Shown here: one piece after another, positions 56,619 to 64,000 of the stretch | Position numbering within the stretch: position 1 is the first letter of the stretch | Layout of the letters: the number at the start of each line of letters is the position of its first letter | Source of the DNA: Tubulanus polymorphus | Lineage: Eukaryota; Animalia; Nemertea | Assembly: GCF_964204645.1 (NCBI RefSeq) | Contig: NC_134025.1 | Span: 13,330,001-13,394,000, forward strand | Reading direction: 5' to 3' | Length of the DNA stretch: 64,000 bases | The notes under the pieces: model-generated | What the model saw: only the letters and a program-made list of their open reading frames with translations | What the model was told of the DNA's origin: nothing | Database searches by the model: none | Translations under genes and position numbers: made by a program

Positions 56619-58000
56619 CAATTTTTCAAACTCTGTACACATGTTGTCGACTATCAACGCCTACCGACTCCTACCGACGCAACTGAGAGCAACCGCGATC
56701 GCACCCCAGCTTATGTCGACATGTCGACAGCTTATGTCCGATTCGCAGCAACTGAGGCCGACTAGCGGGATATGAGATCCACCCAGTTGCTTTCCTGCTT
56801 ATGTCGGTTGCGATTACTAGCAACTGCCACGGCTCAAATGGTCACGTGATAAGCACTTTGAGAATAAATTTGAAATTATTAGGAAATATATTTCTATTAG
56901 AAAAGCTATTTCTTTAAGACTTTGATCTTTCTGATTCTGTTTTGAATACAACGTGCTAGCGACATATATAAAGATGGCCGCTCACACCATAATTCTACGA
57001 ATTTCGTTTCTAGATCTTCGGTCCAGTTCTCTGCCGTGCTGAAGGTTTGGTTTACGTTTTGAACTACTTGAATTTGAAGTTTATGACTAATTACGAATGA
57101 CGCTAACTAGCGGTGATAATTTGCACTATGTATATGCGGTCTCTCATTGCCTGGAACCCCTGCGCTCAGTTCCGTCGCGTCGCAGATGAGCTTATGTCGG
57201 CTGCGATCGAAAGCAACTGCCCGCCTACCGTAGGCCGGAGTAGAACATGGGCAACTAGCCGGATACGGCTTGCGACGAGTCGGTAGGCGTCGGGTTGCCG
57301 TCGCAAGCCGGCTTATGTTGAACCGATTGAGGAGCAACTGGCGGCCTACGAGAGGCTAATCGGCGATAAACCCAGTTGCGTCGGTAGGCGTCGCGTTGCT
57401 TTTCGACATAAGCCAGCCTTTATGGAAATACGATATTTCCAATGCATTCACCCCAAACCCAGTAACTTCATAAGTGGCGATGAATTTTCGACCGGGGATA
57501 TTCCAGGCTTTGTCTCATTCTAGTTCGTTCATATTCGTCTCCCACAAAATTCGATTTCGAAAGCTTTGCTGACAAAAATGTAACATTCTGTCTGAACGCG
57601 TAGATCTCTGAATTGGACTTCCCTTCGAAATAACCTCCCAGAAAATTACCGTGACAAAACCGCCTGGAATGTGGGAATCGTCATGCGTAAATAGTCCATT
57701 CCCTCCATTCCTACAAACTTCACCCAACGACCTCAAACATAGGATGGCTCCGAGGATATTTAGATTAGGGTAGCATCCATTTTGGTAACATTTTGCACTT
57801 ACTCCAGTTTAAAAATATCAGCTTCGAATCCCCGGCAATGGTTATTTCAATTTCTACTTTTTACCTTAAGTAAAGGTGCAGGTATCCAAATCCTGTTAAC
57901 GCCGCTTTGCAGCTATTCTTTTCTTTTGTAATTTTGTTTTCATTTCCTGTCATCATTTTCTTCACGGTTTTTCTCACCTTTAAAATGGGTTTTCTTTCAG

Positions 58001-58263
58001 TCACCACTACCGACGCAGTACCACCGACTATCTGACACCATTTTCGTCCACCTTTGGACATTCACTTCACCGCACATTCGATGGAAGCGAACGAGATATT
58101 TACACTTTGGGCTTGAATAGTCTTAGTCGGAGTACCTACGCGTTGGCATCAAGCATCAGTCGACCACCATCAGAATACAGAAGTAATAGTAGTGCACGAA
58201 ATGGAAACCACCCATTGCCCAAAATAATGGACTCGGGCAATATTTTCCGTGCTAAAAGCCTAG
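58001..58263 (+). CDS. STARD9: Internal exon (HHYRRSTTDYLTPF...RAKSL); frame continues to a stop at 58380-58382 if the donor is not used
   Basis: Strong acceptor ttttctttcag|T (phase 2). Candidate donor CTAG|gtgacc (phase 1) fits the exon at 60288. Confidence 0.6.
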
Positions 58264-59319
58264 GTGACCTAGATCCTTATGTGGTTGCCACGAAATTTGC
58301 GTACAGTCGTCCAATAAATGCGGAAATGATTAAAAGACGCCTTGAGCAAAGATATCGCTTCGATCCTGGCAGCGAAATTTAATCGGAATATAACACATTC
58401 ACCAAAATTTGTTCCTGTACGATGTGCAAACGTTTTAATTTTTTTTTCTGATTTGCAAATACGAATAACTAATGGCTTATAATCTACGTGGATTGTTCTA
58501 CCGGATTTTCCTTTTCTTTTTGAAATACCGCTATTCCCTTATCATTGAACTGTGAACCGAAAAACTTTGTAAAATGTATAGCGTGCGTGACCTTAATTCA
58601 TATAAGTGATAAAAAATTTCGTTTAAATGCGTAATTCTAAGAACTCTTTGAACGGAATAACTGACAATAATACCTGACGATGGAAAACAAAGAATTCCTG
58701 TGAAACGGATATTATTTGCAATACCGTTAACTGATTCCACGTAAAAGGATCCATGCCACTTGAAAACGATGGAGCTTAATATACAGGCGTTGACGGTTGA
58801 TATACCAGGCATAAATGTGAGTTTGATTTATCGTTTTTCGATTTAATGTGAATGTTATGAAATTAATACAGATAGATCTGCTCTGTACTGCGCTGTGTTA
58901 TAGGGCAGGGGTACATTGTAATAATCAACAGGTAGAATTACTCTCAGAAACATATCACATATTTCGAGACATTTTGATAATTGTATATTGTATTCAGGAA
59001 GTGCAAATATACGAACAGGAATTGACAGATATAGGAAAAAAAGGTGGTAGTTTCCACGTAAGGAGTATGAAGCATGAACAATGTATCATACGTATGGAGC
59101 ATCATTTAACTAATTTTCTTTTGTGCAATCATTCATTGCTTTAAGAATACTTTTGGTACTTGTCCCATGCTTTTCTAAAAGTCTATATGATTCTTAGCCC
59201 CGATGACGATCATTTTTATGTTGTATAGCGTATATATGTAAATACATGTAATTTTCACCATTGCCATAAGACACATTTCTTTACATGGAATAGGGGTTAC
59301 CCAGCTTTTTTCTCCAAAC

Positions 59320-59912
59320 TAGGAGGGGGAATATTGAATCACATACAATTTTTCCATTTGTATTGGTAGCTAGGCATATTTTGTTACCATCAGGAGGTGG
59401 TATTCATCTGTGGGTGTTGAAATGCGGTATTACATGGTATTTATCCGTATGGTTTGGTACTTAAACATGTTTAGTTGCCTAAGTTTTTTCTCACCAAAAG
59501 GAGTTAAATTTTGGATTGTATACAATTGTTTATGATTATAATAATATATTGGTACCTAAGCATATTTCGTTTTTCATATTTTGTTGCCAAAAATCAATTG
59601 CAGAGTTGTTGTTCATGACATGCTCTATGATAATGGCGAGTTTCAGTCGTTAGTTCCAGTTGAAAACACCAGGGGGCGTTGAATAGCGAAATAATATTGC
59701 ATTTATTACATACATATTGGTACATATTTTCATACATAATTTGTGACGACAATCAATTGCAAAATTCTAGGTCTTGACAAGGTTCTCTGCTTCGTGCCGA
59801 GTTTCAAGCGCATTGATTGCTGTATTTGTTCATTAGGGGGTGGGGTGTTAATATTGAAATTGTCAGATTGTTAAGCATTTCACCAAGAGGGCATGGTGTC
59901 CCTGGACCCCTA
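59320..59912 (+). mobile_element. Diverged 3' part of HINE-like element
   Basis: Degenerate subrepeats (caccagggggcgttgaata at ~59667) and end gggcatggtgtccctggaccccta. Confidence 0.7.
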
Positions 59913-60287
59913 TTTGTCTATACGTATCTTAACATTGATTTAACTCAAAATTCAGAAATCAAGTCTTAGTCAGGTCTAGACGTCTCATTTTCATTCATGA
60001 CTAAGCATGAATTTAGATATCTAGAATTTATGTAAGCACATCGTGTGGTGGGGCTATAGATCTTAAAGTTCACGGTCGTAAACACTTGACACTGAAAGTA
60101 CTGCGATATTATCAAACTGTTTTTGTACATATCCGGTCTTCCGACTAGGTCACTTTACAGCACTTGCTTATTGATATTCATGGGTTATATCATATTCATA
60201 ACAACAAAAGCACTGCATGTAGACAGCACTGGTCTCATTGGCATTAAAGTCAACGCACAACCAACGGGAAATAACATTTCATTTTAG

Positions 60288-60577
60288 ACATTCGTGATTA
60301 TCCGTCGAATTTTCTACGACATTTTCAGAGTTTTCCCGTGGTAGAAAATTTGTTTTCCTTGGATGGATTTCCGTGGACTAGACACGACGAATCCCTATTA
60401 ATCTCCACCGGATGTTCGGTGGATTATGATCGTAGTGAAAAAATGTTATCGAGTACGATGGACGTAGGGGACAACGAAACTGATAGCGACTACGTATCCC
60501 AACATTCGACTTTAGAATCTTCTTTAACAAGTTCATTCGTTTCTACAATGACGGACGATACTGATTATCTCTCAATG
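60288..60577 (+). CDS. STARD9: Internal exon, Ser/Asp-rich linker before START domain
   Basis: Acceptor catttcattttag|AC (phase 1), donor ATG|gtaagc. Overlaps ORF 60338-60607. An alternative acceptor at 60328/60329 is possible. Confidence 0.6.
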
Positions 60578-60778
60578 GTAAGCATATTGATTAAAATCTA
60601 CTTATGACTATACGTGAAGTGCTGCTCAGAAGTGAGCATGGGTAACGACGCGAATTATCAAAAGTAAAAAATAAAACGATAGTCTGATTGGAGTTGTAGT
60701 TGTTCCAATCCAATGTAGTAACAAGTCGTAGTCAATCCAATGCTTTAATGTAGTAGCGATATTTGTTTGTTTATTCAG

Positions 60779-60830
60779 CTTGGATCTGTCGAAACCTGTA
60801 TTTCGGAATATATGGTTCAAGAACCTATTG
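60779..60830 (+). CDS. STARD9: Small internal exon (LGSVETCISEYMVQEPI)
   Basis: Acceptor tttgtttattcag|CTT, donor G|gtgagt. Phase 0 in, phase 1 out; needed to keep frame. Confidence 0.7.
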
Positions 60831-60929
60831 GTGAGTGCGGTTGCTAATTGTTGGCCGTAGTGTTTTTAACACTTCACTGTTATCCAACTTTTGTCACTAT
60901 TATCTCAATTTTCATTCTCTTTTACCCAG

Positions 60930-60991
60930 TAAATAATAAGATCCACTATCAAACAATAGGAAATCAAGCAGCGGCAGATCTCTTAGCACAA
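60930..60991 (+). CDS. STARD9: Exon encoding the likely first helix of the START domain (NNKIHYQTIGNQAAADLLAQ)
   Basis: Acceptor ctcttttacccag|TA, donor CAA|gtaagt. Phase 1 in, phase 0 out. Confidence 0.7.
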
Positions 60992-61383
60992 GTAAGTAAG
61001 AAGACTTATATATGTGACACAGTTGTTACCATGAGAATTGTTTCAATCCTTAAAAAAGTACAAATACAACAACGGCCCTTTTTGATTCATTTTAAGCTGC
61101 TGCAGATTCGAAGAACCTATGTTAATTAGAGTAACATCATAATTCATTATATATTAGGCAATGAATATCGTATATGCCTAGGGAAAATGCCCAAGGCTAC
61201 TCCGTGGTAATTAAATGATAGAATGCCACAAATTGATTAAAATTGTATGATATTCCCTCTTTAACTCCTTTTATTCATTGGATTCGAAACATCAGATTTT
61301 GTTTTGGATCATGTCGAAACTTGTCTGTTTGTTTCTTAGGAGGATGGACGTAAGTATGAATGTTGTTGTGATTTCTAATTTAG

Positions 61384-61608
61384 GTTCATTCAATTAGAGA
61401 TTACGATCTAGAAAAACCAAATCCGAAATGGAGTATGGGCAATTGGAGATACTTCTATACAGACAATGAAGTGACCGTATTTCAAACTCGTAAAAAAGAA
61501 CGCGTGTGTAAAATCGCGGGTGTTGGCATAATCAAAGCGAACATTGACTTTGTTTACGATATTGTCAGGGATCCTTTTCGAAGATATCAATATGACAGCA
61601 TGGCAAAG
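61384..61608 (+). CDS. STARD9: START domain exon (GNWRYFYTDNEVTVF...GVGIIKANIDFVYDIVRDPFRRYQYDSMAK)
   Basis: Acceptor aattttag|GTT, donor AAG|gttagt. W...G.G.I...R..YD pattern typical of START domains. Confidence 0.88.
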
Positions 61609-61951
61609 GTTAGTTTTTTGGGGATGCCTATGGACATCGACGTCCAACTGTGGTAGCTACTGTGATTTCCAACTGTGATTTCTTTATACGGGGAATTTTA
61701 TTGTCTCACCACGAGAACTAACTTCTCACGTGTGGGAAAAACCTTAGAAAAACTTCCGAAAAAAAATAAACATTTATCTCGTGCGTCAGATAAAAGATGA
61801 TTATCATCCGACAGTAAAACGGAATTTTTTGTCAAAAGCAACAAAACTATAGAAATATTTTAGGTTTGGTCTCGTATACTTTTGTACCTGTTCACAGGTT
61901 TACTTGAAAATCATTTCTATATTCGTTGTCTGTGTCATCTTATGTTTGTAG

Positions 61952-62074
61952 AAAATGCGCGTCGTTGAACACGTAAATAATACGACTCGGGTGATACACA
62001 TATTAATGGAGACCACTCGCTGTCTATTGAAACAAGCACGAGATTTCTGCTACGTTTCTACTGAGCGAATCGAG
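61952..62074 (+). CDS. STARD9: START domain exon (KMRVVEHVNNTTRVIHILMETTRCLLKQARDFCYVSTERIE)
   Basis: Acceptor tgtttgtag|AAA, donor GAG|gtatga. Contains the hallmark RDF motif in a CLLKQARDFC context. Confidence 0.9.
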
Positions 62075-62256
62075 GTATGACACATTATCTTGATCGTATT
62101 GTTTACAGTTTTTGCACTTATTAGAATTGTTTGAAGACGTTTCGATCAGTTGTTTTGATGAGTGGCATGTTATGTCGCGGCTTTTTTAAAGCTGACGGGC
62201 GTTACAACCGGTGGGTAAAAACAACTAATACATACAATAAAATATGGCTGATACCT

Positions 62257-62950
62257 TTTTAGCCCACTCGGGACTGTTCTTCTGTCCGTCCGTAGACAGA
62301 ATCCAATAATGCTTCAACTGATTATCTTGATATTTGGTTTATAAATACATCTACCCTTAAACATCTGGGGCCCAAAAGATGGACCGAACGGATTCAAGAT
62401 GGTTGAAGAAGTTTTGAAGACGCTTTGGTCAAATTTCTCGATGTTTCGTATGTGCATGTATCTCCCTATGGCCTTCGAAAGGAAATTGTGTCTATTGGAT
62501 AGAAGATGGCCGTAGTGACATTTTTGGTGACTAAAAAGGTCATTCTTGGCTTCAATTCCGATACCTGTAGATTACTCAATGGTTCGCCATTTTTTTATCA
62601 AAATTCATGATGGTTATACTTTGACAAAGGATCTTTAACATATCAGGACGGTTTATTGATCAATTGATATTTACGCATTTAGCGGACATCTTTAAAATTC
62701 TCTTAAATCCTCACACATAGTGCAAAATTGTATCTCATGACATGCTGTATGGTTATGGTGAGTTTCGTGGTCATTGATTTCTGTTGATTTTCACCCGGAG
62801 CATTAAATATTAGAATGTATATTTTTCAACTACAATCTATCACAAGATTTTAGCTCATTGCATGTTCTTTCATGGGACGTTGAATATAGAAATTGTTGAA
62901 TTTTAATCAAGTAATTTCATCGAGTGAGCGTGGTCTCCTTCGACACTAGT
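62257..62950 (+). mobile_element. Diverged, internally deleted HINE-like copy within a START-domain intron
   Basis: Starts ttttagcccactcgggac, has gtccgtccgtagac and ttttgaagacgctttg, ends gagtgagcgtggtctccttcgacactag. Confidence 0.7.
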
Positions 62951-62983
62951 TTCATATCAGGTAACCATTTTTATCATTTCTAG

Positions 62984-63064
62984 GATGGCGGAGTACATGT
63001 AGTAGCTGGCAGATCTGTTGAACATGCTAATTGCCTTCCGTCTGAAAAAATACCCAGACTAAAG
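62984..63064 (+). CDS. STARD9: START domain exon (DGGVHVVAGRSVEHANCLPSEKIPRLK)
   Basis: Acceptor catttctag|GAT, donor AAG|gtatat. SV.H...P.....R motif of START. Confidence 0.88.
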
Positions 63065-63141
63065 GTATATTAAACTCTTGTCCAGCCTGTTGAAAATAGA
63101 ACTCATTCGATAACATGTTTTATTTATTCTTATTATTGTAG

Positions 63142-63216
63142 GCACATGCCAGTGGTTTTGTACTTGAACCATGCAAAGGAAATCCACGAAAAACAAAAGT
63201 TATCTATTTGCTGCAG
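63142..63216 (+). CDS. STARD9: START domain exon (AHASGFVLEPCKGNPRKTKVIYLLQ)
   Basis: Acceptor ttattgtag|GCA, donor CAG|gtaatg. SGFVLEP...TKVIY pattern. Confidence 0.9.
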
Positions 63217-63313
63217 GTAATGACTTTTTGAAATAATACTGGTTCAATCATGGCACCGTCGACTTTGAGACTTGTGAAGTTCAGTTGAAAAGTGTTTTTA
63301 TCTTATCTTTCAG

Positions 63314-63412
63314 GTTGACCTGGGAGATTTGCCGGAAACTATAGTAAAACTAGTTCTCAAGAAACAACCAATGGCAATTTCACGGCTCAGGAACCTAATC
63401 GAGAAAATCTGA
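63314..63412 (+). CDS. STARD9: Terminal exon, START C-terminal helix (VDLGDLPETIVKLVLKKQPMAISRLRNLIEKI*)
   Basis: Acceptor tatctttcag|GTT, stop TGA at 63410-63412. QVDLG.LP...KKQP.AI.RL recalls the STARD9 C-terminus. Confidence 0.9.
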   Translation, partial: VDLGDLPETIVKLVLKKQPMAISRLRNLIEKI

Positions 63413-63735
63413 TGTGTAACGCATACATAACAAACCTTTCAAACAGACGGTGCATAGATGATACCAATACATCGTGCAATTTCAAACTACCTGAATATAT
63501 TTCCCGACAAGACCACCAAATATTCGTCTCCGAAATGTGAGATGGCATTTTCGTGTGACTCATAAGTCTTGGAAATATATACGACTACACCCACTACCCA
63601 ACTCTGTATGATTGCTTGTACCAAAGATGGTAATGTGCATGTTAAATTTGATAAGCAGTACTCCCCTCATTGCTTTCTGATAAGTACGCCCCTGAAAAAA
63701 AAAGATAACTACGCCACAATCTTAGTTTATGAGAG

Positions 63736-63741
63736 AATAAA
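63736..63741 (+). promoter_or_regulatory. Candidate polyadenylation signal AATAAA
   Basis: Canonical hexamer ~325 bp after the stop codon; no transcript evidence. Confidence 0.3.
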
Positions 63742-64000
63742 CAATATCGTGTATGGGCCTAAGATTGTGGAATACCTTTAATCGACCTCTTGTGTTTGCC
63801 CCTGGTTCGTTGATAACCTCGAAAGTCTGTTGATTTTTGAAAGAAACACATTCATTAAGTAGAACATATTCAAAGTCCTTAAAAATAAGCGCCGAGTTCC
63901 GCAGTTGTTATTGTAAATTTTAAGCGCCAATATTGATGACGTAGTGCGCTTCGACACGCGCAGTTCCTCTTGAACTTGTTATCAATATCTGAGTGAAAAC

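Overview
Eukaryotic (invertebrate-animal-like) genomic DNA dominated by the 3' part of one plus-strand, intron-containing gene. I can chain 15 GT-AG exons with matching phases from position 1 to a stop at 63410-63412. This gives 45,453 nt, i.e. at least 15,150 aa; the N-terminus lies upstream of the window. The last exons encode a START lipid-transfer domain resembling that of STARD9/KIF16A (kinesin-3). The centrepiece is one 42,274-bp coding exon (10403-52676). It holds about 21.7 indel-free tandem copies of a 1503-bp (501-aa) unit, each made of five ~100-aa plectin/plakin-like modules. Upstream of the array is an unrecognised 7-copy bipartite Trp repeat, and downstream is a cluster of TQT (LC8-type) motifs. 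Introns carry several copies of a DINE-1/HINE-like non-autonomous Helentron element (one nested inside an older copy), a decayed LINE, (TA)n and (CGTC)n microsatellites, and a ~185-bp palindrome. Exon boundaries are read by eye, family assignments come from motif recognition without database searches, and no kinesin motor is visible in the window.
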